Assembly (NCBI GenBank): GCA_026026165.1
Contig: JAPEUD010000068.1
Location: forward strand, 1 to 64,000
DNA from: Sarea resinae
Taxonomy: Eukaryota
Direction: 5' to 3'
Length of the DNA stretch: 64,000 bases
Shown in pieces: positions 52,242 to 64,000 of the stretch; position 1 is the first letter of the stretch, and every line of letters begins with the position of its first letter. The notes under the pieces are model-generated. The model saw nothing but the letters and a program-made list of their open reading frames with translations, made no database searches and was not told where the DNA came from. The translations under genes were made by a program, and so were the position numbers.

Positions 52242-52524
52242 CTACTGCCACTTCTGCACGACAACCCCACCGCGTCGGAACTCGGCCAGATCGCCCAAGG
52301 CAACGTGCTTGTCCGTCAGCTCCTTGCTCGGGAACGTCGTCATGAGCACCCACGGCCTCTGCGCGCTGGCGGGACTGGACGCGTTGACGAAAGCGTAGAC
52401 GTCACCGATCGTATGCGTCGTGTTGAAGCGAGAGACCAGGCGTGTGCCGTCGCCCAGCCGGACCTGGAGCGAAATGGTGGGCTGCGATTCGTTGATGTCG
52501 ACGGTCGTTGGTGCGGTACTGGAA

Positions 52525-52556
<32 letters not shown>

Positions 52557-53696
52557 AGTGGTCGAAGAAGCTGAAGCGGCGCCGCGAGGGGCCGAAGACG
52601 GACGGCTGCTGCTACTGCTGCTGTCACCTGGCGCCGGGCTGCCGAGGCGGTGGCCGCCACCAGAGAAGGGCTTATACGCCCTCTTCGGCTGGACGTAGTT
52701 CTCATCGTGCGGCGAGACCTGAACATCTACGGCCTGGTCTGGGCGCACGTCCATGATCTCGAGCGGCGCACGGCCTTGGTTGATCATTTGCAGGAGGCCC
52801 GCGTTAGCCGGGTCGTCGAAGCGGTAGAGGTCGCCGTCGTCAACGGAGAAGCCATCGCGCCAGAGATGTAGGATGCGCTGGACGGGCGAAGCGCGGCGTG
52901 GGACGTCTGCTTCTGCGTCTGCTGTCGGATCGGGTATCATCTCGCTTGGTGTGTCGTCGCCGCCGAGTGTTCGAGCAGTGCCGCGGAAGTGAGATGAGGG
53001 TGCCGCAGGATCGTCTCCTCCGGGTCTTGGTATTCCCCTTCATGTATGTTAGCATGAGAAGTCACTCTAGCGGACCTTGTACCTACTTTCGCGCCTTTGC
53101 TAGGATATTCTTCACTTGATCCCTGGCATCGCCTGGATTCTGCACCGCAAGGCCGGACTTTTCTCCACCAGCAAAGAAGTCTTGATCCTCGTCGTCGTCA
53201 TCAGAGTCTGGATCGTGTCCACCGTGGCCGTGAGAATGTGGCTGTTCGCGATTCAGGTCGCCAAGCGTGGCAAACATCTTCTTCGATCGTGGAGCAGAGG
53301 CTGAGCGTGGAGGGGCGGCGGAAGAAGTGGTGGGGATTGCTTGTGGGGGAGCTGGCCCACCTCCTAGAGTGCGACCGCCACCAGGCACGCTCGGAGCAAG
53401 GGAGACGTCCTCTTCTTGTTCCTGAGGCGGTACAAATGAGTCGGATTCGGCTTCAGCTACTCCCTCTTCTTGTGAAGTGTAGTATTCAGTAGCCGCAGTG
53501 GAAAGATCCCACTGGTTCGTAGCTAGATATTGCTCGGCCTGGTAGAAGCTTGTCAGCGGGTGGAGCTTCGCACTAGGAGCTGAAAGCATATGAGGGATCT
53601 CAGCTGCTGAGCTGAACTCACCTCATGAGGAGCTACGCCAGTGAGGCTGCAAAATTGGGTGATCAAAGCATCGTGATCTACCTGAGCGTCCGCCAT
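52242..53696 (-). CDS. SHP1: Cdc48/p97 adaptor Shp1/Ubx1 (UBA-SEP-UBX)
   Basis: FFAGGEKSGLAVQNP, LWRDGFSVDDG, FSGGGHRLG SHP box, QVRLGDGTRL...TTFPSKEL. Exons 53696-53622, 53538-53087, 53037-52242; (GCA)n poly-Ala tract. Confidence 0.96.
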
Positions 53697-54182
53697 GTTG
53701 GCACCCTGGTACGAACACTGCCGATAAGTGGGGGAGTATGCTGAGGAATCGAGTGCAAAAGTACTCAGATGTCGTGGCAAGAACGATGGTTGAAATGTCC
53801 CAGTGATCTGGCGCTGGAACCTGGAGATGATGCTTGAAATCGGTGGAATTCTTAGGATCCTACCTGATTCGAGAAGTTGTAGTCTTTCTGGGAGCTGCTG
53901 GCTACGGGCACATTGGCCCGAAGAGCAACGTCAAACGGACTTGGGTACATGCAGATGAGGTAGCGTCATCCCGATCGCCGCGTCTCGCTCCCCATGTGTC
54001 CCTTAGCCCCCAGCATTCAAGCCACACCCACCGACACCAATACTTCCTCCAGAGTACTGCTCCGTACACAGGGAAACGCCCCGTTCCTCAGACTCATCTG
54101 GACTGGACCGAACTGAACGGAACATAGCTCACGCTCGACTCGCCTTCCAGCTTCACGGCCCGTCAGTCGATTTGCATTCACC

Positions 54183-54698
54183 ATGACGGCAGCACGAGAA
54201 GAGGGCCAACAGAACCTCTACGATTCGGCCATGACGATCCCCTCCGACAGCGAAAACTACTCCGCCAACCCCGATTCCTCTCCCTCTCCCCCTTCATCCT
54301 CGAATTCGCCCCTGATACTCTACAAACCCCCGACGGTGTGGGGCTTATTGCGTGGAGCAGCCATCAATCTCTTTCTGCCGTTTGTGAATGGCCTGATGTT
54401 GGGATTCGGCGAGCTGTTGGCGCACGAGGCTGCCTTCAGACTGGGTTGGTCAGGGACTAAGGTGAGCCTCGCGCATACCGACGGAATATCTTGGCGGGGA
54501 AATCTATCACTCGGATACAAATCTCCAAGGAGGCAGAGCAGATTTTCGGGACAAGCACTGACCGTTTGCTCTTGCTATTAGATTTTCCCAAGCGGGCGAA
54601 ATACGAGACCAATGGGCCCCGGAATCGAGGTCCGGGATGCTCCACCCAACAGACGGCGAGGAACACTAGATATGGATGATCTTACCAGCCTGGAATGA
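54183..54698 (+). CDS. MIM1: Mitochondrial outer-membrane insertase subunit Mim1 (Tom13)
   Basis: AINLFLPFVNGLMLGFGELLAHE signature. Exons 54183-54461 and 54582-54698. Confidence 0.94.
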
Positions 54699-55309
54699 GG
54701 AGATTCATTTCGGCATCAAACTTGACGATCCACATCATGGAGTTGTATATATGAGCCACGCGGGGGGTCGAGGGCTATCTTTCGTATTTTGGGGTTGATC
54801 AATGGTCAATGCCGGGGAGCACGGCGTTTCATATGCTTTTGAGAAGGACGGGAAAACGCTGCTGAGAGCCTGAGATGCAGGCAGGCATTGTTGTTCATTC
54901 AAGGTATCAATTCATACTCATAGCAGAGGGAATGGATTATCCTGCGACATTACTCTCACTGATTTGCAAACTGCAAACGTAAGAGATGATGCCGACTTCA
55001 TGATCGACTTCAAAATGCAAGAAGTACTGTAAATGATCTATGTGCCCTTTTAATACAATGAGCTTCCTCAGAACCCATGAGAACTTCCCTCTAGGACTCT
55101 TCATCCAGAGATCCAGCCCATGCCTCGGGCATTGACTATGTATTTGGTACGGTACGCGAGAGGCTCACCATACGTTTCTGCGTTGATGGTCTACGCTGGT
55201 GCCTGGGAAAGATCTCTACGGTACATCATCTTCAACATCTGTGGATGATCCTCCGTTATACTGTCGTTGAAGAGCTGGGAGATTTTTCAGGGCCTCCATT
55301 ACACGGAAG

Positions 55310-56975
55310 ATGGTCCCCAGCAAGAGCTTAAGGCGCTCCGGTCGCGCCCTGAGCGCATACCGGGCATCATCAAGCCTTGCTCCACAAAGTTCCAGACATG
55401 TTTGTCAACTAGACCCGTACGATGTAATTTTGATTAACCGGTCTTCTAGTTCTCCTCGACCATAGCCTCTGCGACTCCCTACTATCAATCGCAGAGAGCC
55501 CGAGCATTGCAATTATCTGCGAGACCATCAGCATGGCGGCCGCAAGTGCTTGCTGCGATGACCCCCGGGTTTCCGGCTTCCTCTATACGCTTCAATTCTA
55601 CCACGTCCACCCCATCTCCCAAGGCCGAGGCCGTTGCAGCCGCGCCAACAACTACACCAATCCCGCCTTCCACAACTGATGCTGTCGCAGCTGCTACGAC
55701 TCCCGCTTCGCCATCGCCTAGTTCCATCGACGCTATAACCTCAGATGATATCGCCTCTATTCCGGAGCACATAGGCTATCTCAAAGAACTAGGTTTAGAC
55801 TATGGCTGGGGCCCGACGGCTTTCATCGAATACATGATCGAGCATGTTCATGTCTACTCGGGCACCCCTTGGTGGGCATCGATCTTGATTACGGTGGCAG
55901 TGGTACGTCTGGCAATGCTGAAGCCGACTATGGACGCTACCGACACATCGGCACGCCTAGCGGCGGCTAAGCCGTTCATTGAACCCGTCAAAGAGAGGAT
56001 GATGGCAGCCAGTCGCTCAGGAGATAGAGCTGCCACGATGGTTGCGAGAGCCGAGATGTCACAAATCCACCAGAAGGCTGGCATCCAGACGTGGAAGGCT
56101 TTCGTCCCCCTTTTGCAGGTGCCTCTAGGTTTCGGTACTTTCAGACTGATGAGAGGAATGGCGACGCTACCGGTGCCGGGCCTGGAGACGGGAGGTCTTT
56201 GGTGGGCCACGGATTTGACTGTTGCCGACCCATACTTTATCTTACCCGTTGCGACTGGCCTTGCAATGTGGTACAACGCAAAGGTGAGCAATTTGGGGGG
56301 TGTTCTGATGCTGGGCCGAAGGAGCGCTCTCACGATTTGCAAGTGCTAATTGAACTTCCTCTTTAGAAAGGGGCTGAGATGAATATGATGAATGCACAAA
56401 TGAAGAACATCTTCGTGTACGGGCTGCCCATTCTAACAGCAGCATTTATGCTTCCTTGGCCAGCCGCCCTCCAATATTCTTTCTTCTTCACATCTCTCTA
56501 CGGAATTGGTCAAGCTCTCCTTCTCAAATCTGAAGGGTTCCGGAAATGGGCCGGAATATATCCCATGCCCAAACCGCAGGCGCCCAACACCGCAGCATCT
56601 GGTCTCCAGAGTAAAATAAATCTCGCACCAACATATCAAGCGCCGACCGTGGGATCATCGATAAAGGGTTCAGGGACGGGTATGCCACCGCCGGCATCGA
56701 AGCCCAAGAGTTTCCTTGATGGAGCCAAGGCGGAGATCAAGGTATTCATCGACGAGGCAAAGAAGTCTGCGATGAAGTTGCAGGGCGAAAGCAGTGAAAC
56801 GAACCCCGGGAAACGGACTGCCGCCGAAAAGAAGCGGGCAGAGGCGTATGAAGAGCGCCGACAGAAGGAGATCGAGCACGAGAAATGGATGGCCGAGATG
56901 GATGCACGAGACCGGCAGCAACAGAAGGGGGGCCAAGGCCGACAGGCAAGAAGAAGGTCACGGCGAGAGCTGTGA
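55310..56975 (+). CDS. OXA1: Mitochondrial inner-membrane insertase Oxa1
   Basis: IGYLKELGLDYGWGP, PWWASI, GLETGGLWWATDLTVADPYFILP, basic C-terminal tail. Exons 55310-55399, 55450-56283, 56367-56975. Confidence 0.95.
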
Positions 56976-58081
56976 GCTTCCAGCTCTGTCGTTCTGGTGA
57001 CTGTGTGTGTCCGGCATGGTCCAGAGCTGTAGATTATCACTTGTACTATATCAGAGAATGGTTGCATCATACATTGGAAAAGCTCAGTACGATCTTCTTC
57101 CACTCTCCATTTCGAGCGGCGAGAATGAGGAAAGGCGTCGGCTGGCTGCCGGTTGATCAGATCATCTCGTCGTGCACGCCTGTTCCCGAATGGACAGGCA
57201 TGCCGATGGCCGTGACACGATCGATTGAAGTTGAGCAAACATTGATGCTTCCTACTAACGTACGAGCAAGTCAATGGGCCAGCTTATCGATCTCCAGCTG
57301 TGTACGAAGATAAGGTAGAGCGGAGGCCACGTGCAGACGCCACCCTGACACCCACCCGGTTTGCAGGCCGATCTCCAATGAATCCACGGATGGATCCATC
57401 CATGGCTGCTGTCGCGGCGTGATGGATGGACAGAGTACTCCGGAGTACATCCATGCACGCAGGTGTACTCATACGGTTGATGTGGATTGAGTGACGCCCG
57501 CAGTGTTCTCGTAGCTCGCGGTTCCGCAAAAGTACCTTGGCCCGCAACGGCAGTGGCCAGAATACTTTCCAAGTACCGAGTTACAGCGCAATGTACCAGA
57601 GCACCTTACCTTCTTCTTGCCGTACGCGTACCTTGCGAGTCCCTTGAAGTTTATTATGCGCGACCGGCTTTAGGCTGTTGCTTCATGTTCTTTGTGTGAC
57701 TCCGGAGCTGGAGGACTTCTCGGTTGCTTCAATGATTGGAGCCTCGCGACGGGAGCAGGGCGGGTACCTGGTGTATCTGATGCACAAGGGAAACCCACGG
57801 CAACCACCTCAGTCACACTACACGGGGTGTCTACTACTGATGTATGAGATGGTACAGCAGGTCTGAGGTCTCCAAGGTAACCTCAGGGCTCAGTCGTTGC
57901 TATGTGAAGGAGGTGCGAAGAGGGACGGAGAGCCCGAGGCGGTTGTTGTGGCGGATGTTGCTCTGCATTCCTTCGGGGGCTTTTCGCTAAGGGGAGATCA
58001 ATGATGATTGATCGTCGTGATAGCGATGGCCGCCACTGCAACGACCGCGACTGATCTCCATTATTCTCGTGCTGGATGGGC

Positions 58082-58124
58082 GTGATGGACGTGATGGATG
58101 TGATGGATGTGATGGATGTGATGG
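58082..58124. repeat. 9-bp tandem repeat (GTGATGGAY) x~5
   Basis: Seen directly, upstream of the DUF3405 gene. Confidence 0.9.
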
Positions 58125-58679
58125 TCACTTCGGTGCTTGTATTCGTCATACAGAACACGCCCAAGGTCAAGGTATGGAGCACGCTGGACAGATCGGTGAT
58201 AAAGAAATGAACATAAGGTACGGGAGAGTCCCTGCGTCGGTACTTTTCAGGGTACCCTGCCCGGTGCGCCCGGAGCGGCCATTGCGCCGGTCGAGCAAGG
58301 TCACTGCGAGTACCCCTCGGGATGTTGCCAGGTCACTCTTGCTCACCTGGGCGGGTCTTTGGTCCAAGCGCGGTGTGATATTATCCATGGATGGGTCCGT
58401 TCATTACTCCTTTGCACTAGGTGCTATCGATCCATGGATGGTGAATGATTATCTCCATCGACATCTCCTTTACCTCCCTCTCTCTCGTTTGCTGATCGAT
58501 CCCTCTCGATGCTCTCCTTGACATTCCTCATGCCTCATCTCACGCTCCTCGTCCATCTACATGCCGCCTGTTAATCGCCATTCGGTTCCACCCGACACTC
58601 CTTTCGTGCTGTAAAGCCCCTTGCTTCCCATTGCCAGACCCAGACGCCATTGGTAGCCAGCTACCCGGAGTGGTCTGCC

Positions 58680-60949
58680 ATGCTGCTGGGACGTCTGACC
58701 GCGCTTCGCAGGCTGGTCCTGCTGGCTGTCATCTTCATCGGCGCGACCGTGGTGTTCATGCGGAACTCTCGTTACAATCCGTATGGAATCGTGCAAGAGC
58801 CAGGCGTGCAGAATCCAGCCAAAGCTCCCGTGGTCAACGATGCGGCTGGACACGACGATATCAAGCAGGATGTCTCCATCACCGTTCCGGACTCATCAAA
58901 AACCGACTCCGATTCGAACAGCAAGCTCTCGCCTTCGCCGAGCTCGACGCCCGACAAGGAATATTTGCAGGAGATACTCAAGTGGGATCCGCCCAAAAAT
59001 CCGGATCACTGGCCTCCGTATGATGCCTACAAGGACAAAGACTATGATCCCAATCGATGGGAGGGCTTTTCGATGTGAGTCGGTTCTCTTGGTGATGATG
59101 TGCTTGGCCGTGGGCCACGAGGCAGGATACTCACAGGATCTGTAGGAATAATGGTTACTACGAGAATGGTACTGCGCACCTGACGAATTCCAACTCTTCT
59201 ACTCCTGTACCACGCCCATACCTGCCATATCCAGACTACAATAGTCGTGACTGGCACAAGCGATGGGAGGGCAATTATGCATCATGCGAAGGACCGCGTA
59301 GTCTCCTACTGAACGAGAGCACGAGTGATGAAGTGTTGGCATACACAGGCTTGCCGGTTGGATTTCCGGCGCCCACTTTTGGATCGTTTGAAGCGGTAGG
59401 CTTTGACGGCGACGTCTGTTTTGATCGATTCTCTCGTTACGGGGCTTACGGTTTTGATAACGGCGGCGCCTGGAATGCTGGTTGGAGCAAGCCTTCGACC
59501 GTCTCTTGGGAGACGACAAAGTGGGGTGAGCTTCAACAGAAATGCCTTTCGAGAAACCAAAACCGTTACAGTCCGAAGTCGAGAGTCAATTCTCCCAAGG
59601 ATCCGGGCATTGGAGACCCAGAGAAACCAGAGTGGACGATCAACGTCAAGGACGAGCAAGGCCGGGCCCCTTCATTCAAGTCGCGCACAGCTATATTAAT
59701 CAGGAGTTGGGACTCTTATCCTTACACGATGAACGATCTCCAGGTCATCCGCGCTCTGATTACGGAATTATCGCTGCTGTCGGGCGGCGAGTATCAAGTC
59801 TTCTTACTGGTCAATGTCAAGGATCTGAATCTGCCCATCTTCACCGACCCCAATGTCTACAGAGAGGTCCTCGAGAACTACGTTCCCGATGAGCTGCGCG
59901 ACATCGCTATCCTCTGGAGCGAACAAATCTGTCAGGCTTGGTATCCCAAGGTGGGGGAGTGGTCCGTCTACTGGCAACAATTCATGCCGTTGCAGTGGTT
60001 TGCGAAGACGCATCCTGAATTCGATTACATTTGGAATTGGGAAATGGATGCTCGATATACGGGCCAGCACTATCATTTCCTGGAAACGATCTCCAAATTC
60101 GCCCGAGAACAGCCCCGCAAATACCTCTGGGAACGCAGCTCCCGTTACTGGATTCCTTCTGTCCATGGATCTTGGAAAACTTTCTCGAAATTGGTCGCAG
60201 CCGAAGCAGCAAAAGATCCCTCGGAAACCGTTTGGGGTCCCGTGCCCGCCACCGACATTCAAAATCCTCTTGGTCCCAAGCCACCTACCTCTCTCGAGGC
60301 CGACAAGGATGTCTGGGGTGTTGGCGAAGAGGCCGACTTTATTGTCCTCCTCCCCTTCTTTAACCCGCAGAACACACTCTGGTCATATCGCGATAAAATA
60401 TTCAACTACATCCAAGGCGTCGACACCCCACGCCGTGTCTTCATCAACACTGTGGTTCGCTTTAGCAGAGACATGCTGCACGCCATGCATACCGAGAACC
60501 TGGCTGGTCGCTCCATGGCCTCGGAAATGTGGCCTGGCACGGTTGCCCTCCAGCACGGATTGAAGGCTGTCTATACACCGCATCCTATATGGATGGACAG
60601 GGACTGGCCTCCAGCATACGCCGACGCTGTGTTCAACGCGGGACCTCCGGGTAAGCCCGCCACGGGCGAGGATGCTGTCTATTCTCCCGACCGCGAACAC
60701 AATTTTGGCGGCTTCAGCTGGTACTTCTGGAGTAACTTCCCACGTGTGCTATACAGGCGTTGGTTAGGCTGGGCTTCACCTGACGATACTGGTGTTGTTG
60801 CTGGTGGTCCCGAGGTATGCATCTGCTCCGTTTTCTATGGATTATACCCTTGAGCTAACTTCAAACAGTGGGAGCAAAACCGTGGTCGCATGTGCCTCCC
60901 GGGAATGCTTCTTCACCCTGTCAAGAAAGTGGTCGAATTCGACCAATAG
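58680..60949 (+). CDS. DUF3405-family type II membrane protein
   Basis: Signal anchor, CFDRFSRYGAYG, RALITELSLLSGGEYQV, WNWEMDARYTG, GRMCLPGMLLHPVK. Exons 58680-59074, 59146-60814, 60869-60949. Confidence 0.88.
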
Positions 60950-61799
60950 AGATGGTTCCTAGTTGGCTCCCATCCCCTCATGCCACAACCTTTTCTCTTC
61001 AGTGACATCGCCAACTCGCCACGTCCGATAAAACTCGACTCTTAAATCTCTCTCCTCGGTCTCGGAACCCGTTCATCATCGTTGCCATCAACCTGTCTCT
61101 TTCTCCAAAAGTTCTCCACCCCTCGCGAACCTGCCTTTAGCATCCCTCTTTTCGCTGTAAATATATCCACCAAATACACGAAGGCCAAATCGACGTCCTT
61201 CATATCGCGTCATGCGCGATCCAATACCTACGATCTTCCTCGGAAGGCGAGTCCCATTCTGGATAGATAGCAAGATACCAAACACCGAATTTACCCTTTA
61301 CGTCCCAGCGTACCTTCACCTCAGCATATCGTTTCCGTGCTATCCAGGTGTTTCGAAACCTAAGAGGCACCCTCCTTGGCCATGGTTCCCGAAATCGGCT
61401 CCTCCTTTCATCCCTCCAATCAGAAACTTATCTAGGTCGCCCTCTCCACCACCTTCCCTTCTTCCCTCATTCTCCACCATCCCTTCCCTGGCCATATCGT
61501 ATCGCCCAGCAGACTGCCCAAGACCCCCGACTCCTTATCCTATCATATCGGCATATCCAGGACGATACCACCCTTCTCAGCCTTTCTTCCCTTTTTTTCC
61601 CCCTGATTCCGCCGGACTGGGTCTGGTCGATGATGATGATGAGGAGAATGGGATAGGACAGTACACTCGGCAGCAGACTTGGAGCCAATTCCCCTCTTAT
61701 CATCTGGAAGATGGGTGGACCGGAAAATGATGTTGTGGGGTTGGAACGCAATTCTGATTTTCCCCCTCCCGGCATCCCAAGAGACAGGGGACGAGGGGA

Positions 61800-62767
61800 T
61801 ATGTATATAGCACTTTCTTTTCCCTTTTCCTTCTCCTTTCTCGCCCTTTCTCTTTCTCTTTCTCCTTTCTCTTGTCCTGCGCGTCCATCCATCCATCTCT
61901 CTGTTGGTTCGGTTCCGCCCTCCCGCAGACACGATACCGTGACCACAATATCTGTCTTGTTTCCCCCCCCCCCCCCCCCCTCCCCCCGCAACTGGCGTAG
62001 GTGTCTCGGGCCAAACCAGAGGGGAAGCAGATCAATCGATCGGTTCCTCGCCCTTGGGTGTATTTCTAGAAATTCTTTTTTTTATTTTTCGTTGGGGGTT
62101 CCATTCAATAAATCTAGAATTTTTTTTTTTCGAATGATTTGAGCTGGTCATGGAATCATTTCGGATGAGTGAGTGAGTGCGTGAGTCGGCCGGATTGAGA
62201 AACTTTGCTTGATTGATTTGATGTGGATGACTAGACTAGCTGGCTACGTAGGCATGGGGAAAGGGGGAAGGAGCAAAAAATGATGTTGATTGATGACTCT
62301 CCTTGTCTTATCGGAAAGGAGGAATGTGTGAAAGGGGTAGATCAGAGGATAGGGTGGGGAGGTAGATAAGTACGTAGGAAGGGGTCGAGGTAGGGAGCGA
62401 GAAAGATGAGTGGAGTATTGGAAAACGAAATGACAAAGAAAAGAGAAGAAAGGAGAAGAAGGAAAAGAGGCAGGAAACACAACAAACTAGAAATCAAGGC
62501 TTCATTCGGATAGATGGCCGACTTTCCACAGATCCGGGCTTTCGTTGCCCCCCGACCGACCGACCGATCCAGCCCCCGCCGTCCCTTGACGCCGCCGTCC
62601 CCATTTTATCCCCCCCCCTCCCCCCGACTATGCGCAAGGAGAGCGCGCGCTGGGCTACGATATCGTATTTGCTTTATCGTCCTGATAAATTCGGCTTAGA
62701 TATCAATCATTTTAAGCTTAACTGTCCTCTTCTCTCTCCTCTCTCCTCTCTCCTCTCTCCTCTCTCC
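61800..62767. repeat. Low-complexity spacer between convergent DUF3405 and PhoD-like genes
   Basis: Pyrimidine tracts, C run ~61963-61988, T runs, (GAGT)n, A/G-rich tract, (CTCTCCT)n ~62730-62768. Confidence 0.85.
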
Positions 62768-64000
62768 TCAACCCCACATGGCGTCTTTGCCCCTACCACC
62801 GCCCTCGACCGCCGGCGGCGTCGTGAGGGCATAGCTCCAGACCTCCTGACCATCGACGAAGAGCCTGTAGCGAAGGAGTCCCTGGTCGGCGACGGCGCTG
62901 GTGGGGTTGGAGATCTCGATGGCGCCGAACTTGGACTGTCCGTCGGGGAGGTACTTGATGCAGACGTCCTCGCCGTCGGGCGACGGCCGATAGGTGCGGA
63001 TGGGGATGTAGAACATGTTGAGCGGGCTGGTGCTGAACTCGTGCGGGGTGGCGCTCAGGGGCCAGCGGCCGTCCTTGGGCGGCGGGAACGCCGTGGCCGC
63101 GAACTCGTGCCGGTCGCCGCTGAGGATGACGACCCCGACGCCGTCGCCACGGTCGCCGACGTCCCACATGGCTTCGAGCAGCAGCCGGCGCTCCTCGAGG
63201 TAGCCGCCCCACGTGTCACCCGAACCGACCCGCCAGTTTTTCGTGAACGGGATCGACGAGATCAGGATCTTCCACTTGACGCCGTCGGGCTCGCGCCGGC
63301 GCAGGAACGAGAGCGCCGAGGTTAGCTGCCGCGGCCCAAGCATCGTCTTCTGCGCCGGGGACCGGTAGCGGCGTGTGTCCATCAAAAAGAAGGAGGCCGG
63401 GCCCTGCGTGAAGGCGAAATAGGTTTCACCCGGCTTGACAGGGGGCGGGTTGACCGAGGTGTGGTAGTGCGTGAACGGGTCGGCTGCGGCCGCGTAGACG
63501 CCCGTGGTGTTTCTCTCCCAGTCGTTGTCGATCTCGTGGTCGTCGAGGACGTGGAGCCAGGGGAGGTTGGTCGAGACGGCAGGCCAGTCTGGTGAGGCGT
63601 AGACGCGGCGGTAGTCGGAGCGGTAGGTGGATTTATCGGTGCCGAATCGGTGGGGCACATCAATGTAGATAAAGTCGCCCAGGAAAAGCATAAATTGGGC
63701 GTTCAACTCTGGCAGGCGGGCGGCAAGTTTGCGAAAGCCGGGGAAGGAGAGAGGATGAGACAAAGGGTTGTAGGGAAAGCCTGATTTGATGCATGATGTA
63801 CTGAGGAAGGTGAAGGGGCGGGTGGATTTAGCAGGAGTGCGTCCAACAGGAGGTGGGGTAGTGAAGAAACCTGTGTGATTGTTGGAGACGGCGTATTGGT
63901 ATCTGGTGTCTGGACGTAGACGGGGGAGGGTCACGGTAGTGGTATAGTCAGTTTCATTCGTGAGCCAGAAAACCTCGCCGGCCGACTTCCACGAGTCCGC
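62768..64000 (-). CDS. PhoD-like alkaline phosphatase; 3' part only, open to the right edge
   Basis: GDFIYID, LDDHEIDNDW, DTRRYRS, DTWGGY, LSGDRH; reading frame stays open up to 64000. Confidence 0.9.
   Translation of the reverse strand, partial: ADSWKSAGEVFWLTNETDYTTTVTLPRLRPDTRYQYAVSNNHTGFFTTPPPVGRTPAKSTRPFTFLSTSCIKSGFPYNPLSHPLSFPGFRKLAARLPELNAQFMLFLGDFIYIDVPHRFGTDKSTYRSDYRRVYASPDWPAVSTNLPWLHVLDDHEIDNDWERNTTGVYAAAADPFTHYHTSVNPPPVKPGETYFAFTQGPASFFLMDTRRYRSPAQKTMLGPRQLTSALSFLRRREPDGVKWKILISSIPFTKNWRVGSGDTWGGYLEERRLLLEAMWDVGDRGDGVGVVILSGDRHEFAATAFPPPKDGRWPLSATPHEFSTSPLNMFYIPIRTYRPSPDGEDVCIKYLPDGQSKFGAIEISNPTSAVADQGLLRYRLFVDGQEVWSYALTTPPAVEGGGRGKDAMWG

Overview
Gene-dense eukaryotic DNA from a filamentous ascomycete (Pezizomycotina). 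Evidence: short spliceosomal introns with CTRAC branch points, plus HapX, POM34, UGO1, MIM1 and DUF3405. The class and species cannot be fixed from sequence alone. About 27 protein-coding genes were reconstructed by hand with exon phases checked. They are mostly housekeeping: SRP54, UGO1, YAH1, RRP15, DPH4, hapX, COG2, MRPL1, GUS1, TAF6, a nitronate monooxygenase, SDH3, CFD1, a malate transporter, IMG1, POM34, HID1, SHP1, MIM1, OXA1, DUF3405 and a PhoD-like gene. They sit in compact divergent pairs, and several convergent pairs are separated by microsatellite-filled spacers. No CRISPR array, tRNA, rRNA or intact transposon was seen. The most interesting signals not explained by these genes are: (1) a ~260-nt box C/D RNA whose two guides flank the 18S helix-34 acetylation site (snR4-like); (2) a TACT-N4-AGTA palindrome at near-constant distance from start codons in several promoters; (3) a spliced 65-aa proline-rich micro-ORF in a 4-kb gene-poor gap; (4) an intron-switchable uORF in the hapX leader next to two SreA-type sites; (5) two probable pseudoenzymes; (6) Puf-type elements in 3' UTRs of mitochondrial genes. 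All homology calls come from motif recognition, not database searches.
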